NCBI GenBank assembly: GCA_963762145.1
Contig: CAVXJS010000019.1
Span: 32,001 to 96,000 of the forward strand
Origin: an uncultured Candidatus Rokubacteria bacterium
GTDB lineage: Bacteria > Methylomirabilota > Methylomirabilia > Rokubacteriales > CSP1-6
Direction of reading: 5' to 3'
DNA: 64,000 nt
The translations under genes and the position numbers were made by a program. Shown piece by piece: positions 30,040 through 39,775 of the stretch. Each line of letters opens with the position of its first letter. Within the stretch, counting starts at the first letter, position 1. The notes under the pieces were generated by a model that ran no database searches, was not told the origin of the DNA, and was given only the letters and a program-made list of their open reading frames with translations.

Positions 30040-30799
30040 CTAGAGCGTCGAGAACACCGAGCCGCCGTCCACCACGAGCGTCTGGCCGCTCATGAAGGCG
30101 CTGTCGTCGGAGGCCAGGAAGACCACGGTGCCTTCCACGTCGTCGGGGAAGGCGTCGCGCTTGAGCGACCGCGCCTGCATGATCGCGGCCTCCTGGAAGG
30201 CGGTGATGTCGGGGTTGGCCTGCACGGTGTCGCTCAGGATGAGCCCCGGCGCCACCGCGTTGACCGTGATCCGGTCCGGCCCGAGCTCGCGGGCGAGCGC
30301 GCGGGTCATCGCCACCACCGCGCCCTTCGACGTCACGTAGTGCATGAGTAGCGCGGTGCCCTTGGCCACGATGGCCGAGGCCACGTTGACGATGCGTCCG
30401 CCGCCCTGCGCGCGCATCGACGGGGACCACCGCGCGGGCGCAGTGCCACACGCCCTTGACGTTCACCGCCATCACGCGGTCCCACTCCGCCTCCGGGATC
30501 GCGTCGAAGGGCTGCGGCTTGAGCGTGGCGAAGACCGCCGCGTTGTTGACGAGCACGTCGACCCGGCCGAAGCGGGCCAGCGTCGCGTCCACCATGGCGG
30601 AGACGGAGCCCGCGTCGCTCACGTCGGTGCGCACCCCGAGCGCGCGCCCCGCCGCGTCGAGCTTGTCCACCGCGGCGGCCGGATCGGCGAGGTCGGCCAC
30701 CACGACGCGCGCGCCCTCGGCGAGAAAGCGCCGCGCGTAGGCGAAGCCGATGCCCGCGGCGCCGCCCGTGATCACCGCCACCTTGCCGTGAAGCCGCAT
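30040..30799 (-). CDS. SDR family oxidoreductase (frameshift ~30420)
   Basis: TGGAAGIG, NNAA, YVTSK, SGQTLVVDGG. Confidence 0.88.
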
Positions 30800-30849
30800 C
30801 GTGGCGCGAGCATAGACGACGCTCCCGGAGCGGTCAAGGCGACGCGGGG

Positions 30850-30945
30850 CTAGTCCTCCAGGAGCACGCAGTGGCGCGGCTCGGCGATGAGGAAGACCGT
30901 CTCGCCCTCGGCCACCGGGTCCGTCGCGACCTCGGGCGCGCCTTC
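30850..30945 (-). pseudogene. Orphan 3' end of a gene (TOBE/ABC-ATPase-like tail) lacking its 5' part
   Basis: ...PEVATDPVAEGETVFLIAEPRHCVLLED* has a coding-like codon pattern, but upstream the frame is antisense to the TPR fragment. Confidence 0.4.
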
Positions 30946-30984
30946 GTGGCCACCCAGTCCCGCCAGCTCGCGCCGAGCCGTCCG

Positions 30985-31203
30985 ATGCTGCTCAAGCACG
31001 GCAAGTACCAGGCGGCGGTCGAGCTGTTCCAGCGGGAGGTGGCCGCGCGGCCCGACGACGCGGGCGCGCACAACAACCTGGGCGCGGGGCTGCTGCTGCG
31101 GGGCGACGTGGCGGCCGCCATCGAGGAGTTCGAGCGGGCGCTGCGCCTCAACCCGGGCCACGAGCAGGCGCGCCGGAACCTGGCCAAGGCGCGGGAACGG
31201 TGA
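30985..31203 (+). CDS. TPR-repeat protein fragment (probably 5'-truncated)
   Basis: AHNNLGAGLLLRGDVAAAIEEFERALRLNP fits the TPR consensus; no clear RBS. Confidence 0.65.
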   Translation: MLLKHGKYQAAVELFQREVAARPDDAGAHNNLGAGLLLRGDVAAAIEEFERALRLNPGHEQARRNLAKARER

Positions 31204-31899
31204 AGACGCTCTCGATCGTGATCCCGGTGTTCAACGAGGCCCGGACCATCGCCCGGTGCTGGACCGGGTGCGCGCGGCCTCCACGCCCGGGTTCGAGAAG
31301 GAGCTGGTGGTGGTGGACGACGGCTCCACCGATGGCACCCGCGCCTATCTCGCCGGGGTCCGGGAGCCGGGCACGCACTGCATCTTCCACGAGCGGAACC
31401 AGGGCAAGGGCGCCGCCCTCCGCACCGGGTTCGCCCACGCCTCGGGCGACGTGGTGATGGTGCAGGACGCCGACCTCGAGTACGATCCCGCCGACTATCC
31501 GCTGCTGCTCCGGCCGATCCTGGACGGCAAGGCCGACGTGGTCCTGAGGCTCGCGCTTCCTCGCCGGCCAGGCCCACCGGGTGCTCTACTTCTGGCACTC
31601 GATGGGCAACCGCGTGCTCACGCTGTGCTCCAACGGGTGCACGAATCTCAACCTCACCGACATGGAGAGCGGCTACAAGCTCTTCACCCGCGAGGTGCTG
31701 CGGCAGGTGACCATCCGGGAGGACCGCTTCGGCTTCGAGCCGGAGATCGTGGCCAAGGTGGACCGGCTCCGATGCCGCGTCTACGAGGTCGGGGTGTCCT
31801 ACGCGGGGCGCACCTACGAGGACGGCAAGAAGGTCACCTGGCGCGACGGCGCGCGCGCTGTGGTGCATCGTCAAGTACTCCTGGCTCACGCGCGATTGA
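31200..31899 (+). CDS. GT2 glycosyltransferase (polyprenol-phosphate glycosyltransferase-like; frameshifted)
   Basis: LSIVIPVFNE, VDDGSTDGT, QDADLEYDP, DMESGYK, FGFEPE, GKKVTWRDG. Confidence 0.88.
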
Positions 31900-32046
31900 C
31901 CGGCGGCTCCCGCCGCCGAATCCCGCCGCTTGACGGGGTTTCCCCGCCGGGGCAGTATCCCCCAACGACACGGAGGTCGCGGGGCCTGGCCAAGGGGGCC
32001 GCGGTCGCCGCGCACAAGCAGGGCGAGCGGTCATAGGGGGACGGTC

Positions 32047-34098
32047 ATGGTCGACCTCGGGCGAATGCCACGGACACGGCAGCGCAGGTCCCGGTTCCTG
32101 ATAGCCCTGCTGGTGGGGCTCTTCACGACGATGGTGGTCGCGGGCGCCATGGCGCAGGCGGGCAAGAGCCTGATCGGCAAGCTGGAAGGGCCGGAGGTCG
32201 TCACCGATCCCGCGAAGGTCCCCAAGACGCTCAAGGAGGCGCCGCAGCTCGCCGCGCTGGTCAAGGCGGGCAAGCTGCCGCCGGTGGCCGAGCGCGTCGG
32301 GCAGGACCCGCTGGTCATCAAGCCCCTGCACGAGATCGGCAAGTACGGCGGGACGTGGCGCGCCGGCTTCACCGGCCCCGCCGACTTCTGGAACGGGTTC
32401 CGGTGCTGCTCGGGCCCGGACCACCTGATGTTCTGGGACTACACGGGCGACAAGGTCCTGCCGAACCTCGCCCGGGGCCTCGAGATGCAGGACGGCGGGC
32501 GCACGTGGCTCCTGCAGCTGCGCCGCGGCATGAAGTGGAGCGACGGCAAGCCGTTCACCGCCGACGACTTCGTGTTCTGGTTCGAGGACGTCTACCGGAA
32601 CAAGGACCTGGTCCCGACGCCGTCCGCGGCCATGGCCATCAACGGCAAGCAGGGCACGATCGAGAAGGTCGACACCTACACCGTGCGGTACAAGTTCCCC
32701 GAGCCCTACTTCATGCTGCCCGACGTGCTGGCCGGCTCCACCGACCTCGCCGGCCAGATGTTCGGGTACCGGGGCATGGGCGGCTTCGCGCCCGCCCACT
32801 ACATGAAGCAGTTCCACCCGAAGTACGCCGGAGCCGCCGAGCTGGACCGGAAGGTGAAGGAGGCGAAGTTCGACAGCTGGGTGCGCATGTTCCTGGCCAA
32901 GAACGACTGGGCCCTGAACCCGGATCTGCCGGTGCTCTCGGCCTGGAAGACGGTGACGCCGATCAACACGCCGACGTGGACGCTCGAGCGCAACCCCTAC
33001 AGCGTCTTCGTGGACACCGCGGGCAACCAGCTGCCCTACATCGACCGCGTGGTCCTGACGCTGGCCGAGAACCTGGAGGTGCTGAACCTGCGCGCGGTCG
33101 CCGGCGAGTACGACTACGCGTCGAGGCACGTCGACCTCGGCAAGCTGCCCGGTCTTCCTCGAGAACCAGCAGAAGGGCGGGTACAAGGTCTATCTGGATC
33201 CCGGCGACTACGGCGGGGACATGATCATCAAGTTCAACCTGAACTACGACGCGGACCCGGAGATCGGCAAGTGGTTCAACACCGCCGACTTCCGGCGCGC
33301 GCTCTCGCTCGGCATCGACCGCGACCAGATCAACGAGACCTTCTGGCTCGGCACGGGCACGCCGAGCTCGGTGGTGCCCGCGGACGGCAACAAGTACAAC
33401 CCGGGTCCGCAGTACCGGAAGATGTGGGCCACGCTCGACGTCAAGAAGGCCAACGAGATGCTCGACAAGCTCGGGCTCAGCAAGAAGGACGCGCGAGGGC
33501 TACCGCCTGCGCGCGGACGGCAAGGGCCGGCTGCGCATCGAGATCATGACGCTCGGCGGCCAGTTCATGCAGTACACGCAGATCGCGGAGATGATCCGCG
33601 AGCAGTGGAAGAAGATCGGCATCGACCTCGACGGTGCAGGAGGTCGAGCGCAGCCTCGCGCTCAAGCGGACCGCGGCCAACGAGCAGCAGCTCGGCGCGT
33701 GGAACAACGACGGCAGCGAGCATCTGTTCACCTTCCCGCTCCACGTGTTTCCCTTCGAGCTCGCCGCGGTGGCGTCGTCCGGGCCGCTCTACGTCAAGTG
33801 GTTCCACTCCGCCGGCGCGCAGGGCAAGGAGCCCGAGCCGCGGATGAAGGAGCTGATGGAGAAGTGGAAGAAGGCCTTCGGCGTGCCCGAGAAGGAGCGG
33901 ATCCAGCTCGGCAAGGAGGTCTGGAAGATCGCGGCCGAGGAGGTCTACATCATCGGCGTGATCGGCATGGGGCCGGCCTCCATGGGCGTGCGCGTCGTCA
34001 AGAACAACATGGGCAACATCCCGTCGCGCCAGTACAACAGCCCGGACGGCAAGACCCCGGGCATCTCGCGGCCGGCGACGTTCTTCTACAAGAACTAG
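32047..34098 (+). CDS. Large family-5 ABC substrate-binding protein (frameshifted ~33150, ~33490, ~33630)
   Basis: GKLPPVAER, GKYGGTW, MKWSDGKPFTADD, GNQLPYID; continues across frames to FFYKN*. Confidence 0.88.
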
Positions 34099-34103
34099 GC
34101 CGC

Positions 34104-34153
34104 GCCCCTCGCCCCGACCCTCTCCGCACCGGGGAGAGGGCGGGCTGAGGGGC
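34104..34153. repeat. REP-like intergenic stem-loop
   Basis: GCCCCTC..CCCTCTCC-loop-GGAGAGGG..GAGGGGC between the SBP and permease genes. Confidence 0.65.
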
Positions 34154-34173
34154 GGTGACCCGGGCCCCGACCC

Positions 34174-35166
34174 ATGCTCGCGTACATCGGCCGCCGCGCT
34201 CTCCTCGCGGATCTTCACGGTCTGGGCGATCTCCGTCCTCGCCTTCGCCATCATCCAGCTCCCGCCCGGGCGACTACGTCACCTCCTACATCGCCCAGAT
34301 GGCGTCGATGGGCAGCGTGGTCACCGACGAGGAGGCGCAGAACCTCCGGATCCAGTACGGCCTGGGCCAGCCGATGTACGTGCAGTACTTCAAGTGGATG
34401 CGGCTGATCGTCGCAGGGCAACTTCGGCATGTCGATGGAGTGGCGGCGCCCGGTCACCGAGGTGATCGGGGAGCGCCTGTGGCTGACCGTGATCGTCTCG
34501 GTGGCCGCGCTGATTCTCACCTGGGTGCTCGCCCTGCCCATCGGCATCTACTCCGCGGTCCGGCAGTACTCGGTGGGCGACTACGTGGCGACGTTCATCG
34601 GCTTCATCGGGCTCGCGGTCCCCAACTTCCTGCTGGCCCTGGTCCTGCTCTACCTGGGGTTCGTGCTGTTCAACGCCCACATCGGCGGGCTCTTCTCGCC
34701 CGAGTTCCAGGACGCGCCGTGGAGCGGGGCGCGGGCGTGGGACCTGGCCAAGCACCTGCCGATCCCCGCCGTGATCCTGGGCCTGGCGGGGACCGCGCAG
34801 CAGATCCGGATCATGCGCGCGAACCTGCTCGACGAGCTGCGCAAGCCCTACGTGGTGACGGCCCGCTCGAAGGGGCTGTCCGAGGCTCGGGTGATCCTGA
34901 GGTACCCGGTGCGCGTCGCGCTCAATCCGTTCGCGAGCACGATCGGCTACACGCTGCCGTACATCGTGTCGGGCAGCATCATCGTGTCGCTCGTGCTCGG
35001 GTTGCCGACGGTCGGCCCGCTCCTGCTGAAGGCCCTCATCGCCCAGGACATGTTCCTGGCCGGGACCATCGTGCTCCTGCTCGGGGTGATGACGGTGATC
35101 GGGACGCTGATCTCGGACATCGTGCTCGTGCTGATCGATCCGCGGATCCGCCTGGAGGAGACGTGA
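34174..35166 (+). CDS. ABC permease OppB-like (frameshifted)
   Basis: MLAYIGRR, YVVTARSKGL, LIDPRIR. Confidence 0.88.
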
Positions 35167-36337
35167 TGGCCGAGCCCGAGGCGATCCTGGAGCGCGGCGG
35201 TTCGCCCCCGGCGGGCCGACCGCGGTGGCCGACCTGCGGGAGCAGCGCAGTCTTCGTGGCCTCGCAGTGGCAGCTCATGTGGTGGCGGTTCCGCAAGCAC
35301 AAGGTGGCGGTGGCCAGCGCGCTGGTCGTGGCGGGCTTCTACATGATCGTCCTCGGCGCGGACTTCCTCGCGTACGCCGACCCCAACGCGTCCGAGGCGC
35401 ACCGCTCGCTCATGCCCCCGCAGCGCGTGTACTGGTTCGACGCGGGGCGTTTCGAGCCCTCACGTGTACGGGCTGAAGGGCGCGCGCGACCCGCAGACCT
35501 TCAAGCGCGTCTATCGTCGCGGACCCGGACCAGAAGATCCCGATCCGGTTCTTCGCGGAGGGATTCGAGTACCGTCTCTTCGGCGCTGATCCCGACCACC
35601 CGGCATCTGATCGGGGTGGACGGCGGGGCCGAGGCCAGCCAGGCGGTGTTCCTGCTCGGCACCGACGTGCAGGGACGCGATCTCTGGTCGCGGCTGATGT
35701 ACGGCACGCGGATCTCGCTCACGATCGGGCTGTTCGGGCGTGACGGTGAGCCTGATCCTGGGCGTGGTCCTGGGCGGATTCTCGGGATTCTACGGCGGGG
35801 TGGCCGACACCGTCATCCAGCGCACGATCGAGATCCTGCGATCGATCCCGACGATTCCCGCTGTGGATGGGGCTCGCGGCGGCGCTGCCGCGCGACTGGT
35901 CGGTCTTGCAGGTCTACTTCGCGATCACGATCATCATCTCGCTGCTCGGGTGGACGGAGCTGGCCCGCGTGGTGCGCGGGCGCTTCCTCGCCATGCGCGA
36001 GGAGGACTTCGTCGTCTCCGCGCGGCTGGTCGGGTGCAGCCAGATGCGGACGATCTTCGTCCACATGGTGCCGTCGTTCATGAGCCACATCATCGCGGCG
36101 ACCACGCTGGCGCTGCCCGCGATGATCATCAGCGAGACCGCGCTGAGCTTCCTCGGCCTGGGCCTGCGGCCGCCCGCGATCAGCTGGGGCGTGCTGCTGC
36201 AGCAGGCGCAGAACGTCCAGACCGTCGCGATCTCGCCGTGGCTGATGCTCCCGGCGGTGCCGGTGATCGTCGCGGTGATGGCCTTCAACTTCCTGGGCGA
36301 CGGCCTGCGCGACGCGGCGGATCCGTATGGCCGCTGA
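35166..36337 (+). CDS. ABC permease OppC-like (frameshifted)
   Basis: [34 protein letters not shown]. Confidence 0.88.
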
Positions 36338-36447
36338 GCTCGGAGGGGGACTCCGTCCCCCTTCCGCACGGTCGTTCAGCGGGCGGTGCCCGCTGGACGA
36401 CCTGCCTCCCCCTCGGATTGCGCCGGCGGAGCCGGCGCTCGGAGCGG
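36338..36447. repeat. Multi-hairpin palindromic intergenic element (REP/MITE-like)
   Basis: Three hairpins (36345-36361, 36370-36402, 36420-36438) bounded by direct repeat GCTCGGAG at 36338-36345 and 36437-36444. Confidence 0.65.
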
Positions 36448-36452
36448 TTTGT

Positions 36453-37472
36453 ATGACGGGTGCGGGTCAGCCCCTGCTGTCGGTGCGGAATCTGAAGACG
36501 TACTTCACTCAGGACGAGGGGACCGTGCGGGCGGTGGACGGCGTGAGCTTCGAGATGGCGCCGGGGGCGACGCTCGGGATCGTGGGGGAGAGCGGGTGCG
36601 GCAAGAGCATCACGGCCCGGTCGATCATGCGGATCGTCGATCGGCCGGGGCGGATCGTCGAGGGCGAGATTCACTTCAAGCGGCCGGCCGGCGGCGGCGG
36701 CTCGGGGCCGGTGGTGGACCTGGCCAAGCTCGAGCCGAACGGCGCCGAGATGCGCTCGATCCGGGGCGCCGAGATCGCCCTCATCTTCCAGGAGCCGATG
36801 TCCTCGTTCAGCCCGGTCCACACCATCGGCAACCAGATCATCGAGGCGATCCTGCTGCACCAGCCCCTCGGCCGGCAGGCGGCGCGCGAGCAGGCGATCG
36901 AGATGCTGCGACGGGTGGGCGTGTCGCCGCCGGAGGAGCGGGTGGATCAGCTCTCCAACCAGCTCAGCGGCGGGCTGCGCCAGCGCGCCATGATCGCGAT
37001 GGCGCTCTCCTGCGAGCCGACCCTGCTGATCGCCGACGAGCCCACCACCGCGCTCGACGTGACCACCCAGACGCAGATCCTCGACCTGATGCGGCAGGCT
37101 CCAGCAGGAGGACGGCATGGCGATCATGCTGATCACCCACGACCTGGGCGTGGTGGCGGAGATGGCCACCGACGTGGCGGTGATGTACCTGGGCCGCGTG
37201 GTCGAGCAGGCGCCGGTCGACGCGATCTTCCACGACCCGAAGCACCCGTACACGCGCGCGCTGCTGCGCTCGATCCCGCGCATCCGGGTCGCGCACGCGC
37301 GAGCGGCTGACGCCGATCGCGGGCGCGGTGCCGCATCCCTACGACCGGCCGACCGGCTGCCCCTTCCACCCGCGCTGCCCCGAGTTCATGGCCGGCACGG
37401 TGCGATCGGGAGGCGCCGATCCTGCGCCCGGTGGGCGACCACCACGCGGTGAGCTGCTTCCTCTACGAATGA
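36453..37472 (+). CDS. Oligopeptide ABC ATP-binding protein OppD-like (frameshifted)
   Basis: [40 protein letters not shown]. Confidence 0.9.
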
Positions 37473-38487
37473 TCGCGGCGCGCCAGCCCCTCCTGCGGGT
37501 GTCCGGGCTCCAGAAGCTCTTTCCGATCCGGAAGGGCTTCCTGAAGCGGACGGTGGGTCACGTGCGCGCGGTGGACGGGGTGAGCTTCCACATCGACGAG
37601 GGCGAGACGCTGGGCCTCGTCGGCGAGAGCGGCTGCGGGAAGACGACGACCGCGCGCTGCATCCTGCGCGCGATCGAGCCGACCGCGGGCGAGGTCTTCA
37701 TGCGGGTGACCGACGGCTCGGTCGTCGACGTGGGCCGGCTCCCGCGGGCGGAGCTCCGCGCGCTGCGGCGCGAGATGCAGATGATCTTCCAGGACCCGTT
37801 CACCTCGCTCAACCCCCGCATGACGCTGCTCGACCTCGTCGGGGAGCCACTGCTGGTGCACGGGCTGCGGAGCCGGCGCGAGCGGGAGGAGCGGGTGGCG
37901 GACCTGCTGCGCCGCGTGGGGCTGCGGCCCGAGTACATGCGGCGGTTCCCGCACGCCTTCAGCGGCGGCGAGCGGCAGCGCATCGGGATCGCGCGCGCGC
38001 TCGCCCTGCATCCGCGCCTGGTGGTCGCCGACGAGCCGGTCTCCGCGCTCGACGTCTCGGTGCAGGCGCAGATCCTGAACCTGCTGCAGGACCTCCAGTC
38101 AGAGCTCCGCCTGACCTATCTCTTCGTGGCGCACGACCTGAGCGTGGTCCGGCACATCAGCAACCGGGTGGCCGTGATGTACGTGGGCCGGATGGTGGAG
38201 CTGGCCGAGACCGAGGAGCTCTTCAGCCGGCCGAAGCACCCGTACACCGCGGCGCTCCTGTCCGCGGTGCCCGAGCCGGATCCCCGCACGCGCTCGCGAG
38301 CGCATCGTGCTGCAGGGGGAGGTCGCGAATCCGGCGTCACCGCCCGCGCGGCTGCTATTTCCATCCGCGGTGCCCGCATGCGATCGAGCGGTGCCGGACC
38401 GAGGCGCCCGCGTGGCGGGAGCTGACCCCCGGCCGCTTCGTCGGCTGTCACCGTGCGGAGGAGCTGGCGCTCGCCGGGGTGGAGTGA
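37469..38487 (+). CDS. Oligopeptide ABC ATP-binding protein OppF-like (frameshifted near 3' end)
   Basis: [32 protein letters not shown]. Confidence 0.9.
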
Positions 38488-38494
38488 CCGCCGC

Positions 38495-38677
38495 TCACTG
38501 GCGGATATCCTTGCCGGTGAAGCCAGGCGAGTGAATCTGGGCGCAGGCGATGGAGCAGTAACCGTGCGCCTTCGCGGTCGCGGGGTCGCCGCTCCGGATG
38601 GAGTAGGGGAGGAACTTCGCCTCGCCGCATCCGTGACAGACCGGTCGTTGTTCGTCCTGCGGCAGCGCTGGGAGCAT
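38495..38677 (-). CDS. Small Cys4 zinc-finger-like protein (60 aa)
   Basis: CHGC...GYCSIAC; ATG 6 nt after an extended -10 TGCTACGAT. Confidence 0.6.
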   Translation of the reverse strand: MLPALPQDEQRPVCHGCGEAKFLPYSIRSGDPATAKAHGYCSIACAQIHSPGFTGKDIRQ

Positions 38678-38711
38678 GGCGGCATCGTAGCAATGCGCGG
38701 GCTGCGGGGCC

Positions 38712-38729
38712 ATTGGACCAACGTCCAAT
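38712..38729. promoter_or_regulatory. Palindromic operator between divergent genes
   Basis: Perfect inverted repeat ATTGGAC-N4-GTCCAAT. Confidence 0.55.
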
Positions 38730-38826
38730 AGGCCGGCCGAGCCATGCCGCACTACAGTGAGCTCGTGCGCCGGCCGAAGATCGTCGGAGCGCCCGTCCGG
38801 CGCGGGAACGCCAAGGAGGATGAGCC

Positions 38827-39405
38827 ATGAGTGAGCAGGTCGTGAGAATGGGTCTGATGTGGATCCTGGCCGGCCTCGGTGCGGGCTGGTTGGCCGAGAC
38901 GTTGATCGTCCGACGGGGCTACGGGCTGCTCGCGGACATGGGCCTGGGGGTCGGGGCGGGCCTTCTCGGGGGCGGCGCGTTCATGATGGTATCCGGTCGT
39001 CCGAGTGGAACGCTGGCCATGTTCATCTGCGCGTTCGTCCTCGCCTCCGGGGCGATCGTCGCCCAGCGGCTCCTGCTGCCGCGCACACCCGGCGTGCGGG
39101 AGCGCAAGGCCGAGCTGCGCCTCCGCGAGCTGCGGAGCGCGTCGGCGGAGGAGAAGGGAACCGCCTCCGGGCTCCACCGAGTCGGGCGCGGAGTGATCGG
39201 TCGGCCCGCCGCGCACGTGCTCATGCGAGTGGCGACGACCGGGATCTACCTGCTGCGCGGGGTGCCCCTCGAGCTGCAGCGCGCGGCGCGGGTGCGCGCG
39301 GTGAGCGACGGCACCACGCTCCACCAGGTGCTGCTCAAGGGTCTGGGGGAGTACGCGGCGGGAACCTGGACCCCTCAGCCGGGCGACAAGCGCTCGGCGG
39401 CTTGA
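38827..39405 (+). CDS. GlsB/YeaQ/YmgE-like membrane domain fused to a C-terminal ribbon-helix-helix-like domain
   Basis: N-terminus WILAGLGAGWLA...GYGLLADMGLGVGAGLLGG; C-terminus YLLRGVPLELQRAARVRAVSDGTTLHQVLLKGL; AAGGAGG RBS. Confidence 0.65.
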   Translation: MSEQVVRMGLMWILAGLGAGWLAETLIVRRGYGLLADMGLGVGAGLLGGGAFMMVSGRPSGTLAMFICAFVLASGAIVAQRLLLPRTPGVRERKAELRLRELRSASAEEKGTASGLHRVGRGVIGRPAAHVLMRVATTGIYLLRGVPLELQRAARVRAVSDGTTLHQVLLKGLGEYAAGTWTPQPGDKRSAA

Positions 39406-39424
39406 GGGGCCGGAAGCGCGCGCT

Positions 39425-39673
39425 TCAGGGACGGGGCTTCGTGGGCCAGTGGCGGTCGGCCACGCCGGGCTCGAGTCGCTCGGGAGCCGCGAGCAATGCC
39501 GGCTCCTGCGGATCCTCGGTCTCCACGCTCTCGTCCATCAGGGCCCAGGCGAGCATCCGTCCCTTCGTCGTGCGACGCGGTGACCCGAACCAGACGCGGC
39601 CCTCGGTGTCGAGCCCCACCAAGTGCCAGCCGTCGCCCTGCGTGATGACCTGGATCTGCCGGAGACCGTCCAT
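39425..39673 (-). CDS. Small hypothetical beta-rich protein (paralog of 50766-50924)
   Basis: AAGAGG RBS; QIQV...LVGLDTEGRVWF motif. Confidence 0.65.
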   Translation of the reverse strand: MDGLRQIQVITQGDGWHLVGLDTEGRVWFGSPRRTTKGRMLAWALMDESVETEDPQEPALLAAPERLEPGVADRHWPTKPRP

Positions 39674-39741
39674 GGGGAACCTCTTCTTTCGCGGACCCAC
39701 GAGTGGAGCCCGACTCCATCCACACTAGCACGAACGCGAGA

Positions 39742-39770
39742 TTGACAAGGCGGACCGGGACTACTACGGT
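39742..39770 (+). promoter_or_regulatory. Sigma70 promoter of a leaderless dnaA transcript
   Basis: TTGACA-N17-TACGGT, 5 nt before the ATG; no SD sequence. Confidence 0.75.
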
Positions 39771-39775
39771 CAGAC

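Noticed and set aside
24345-38487. Programmed frameshifting or mass pseudogenisation of ABC, SDR and GT genes
   Set aside because: Scattered single-base indels with intact motifs and no slippery-site pattern are best explained by sequencing error, though reads are needed to confirm.
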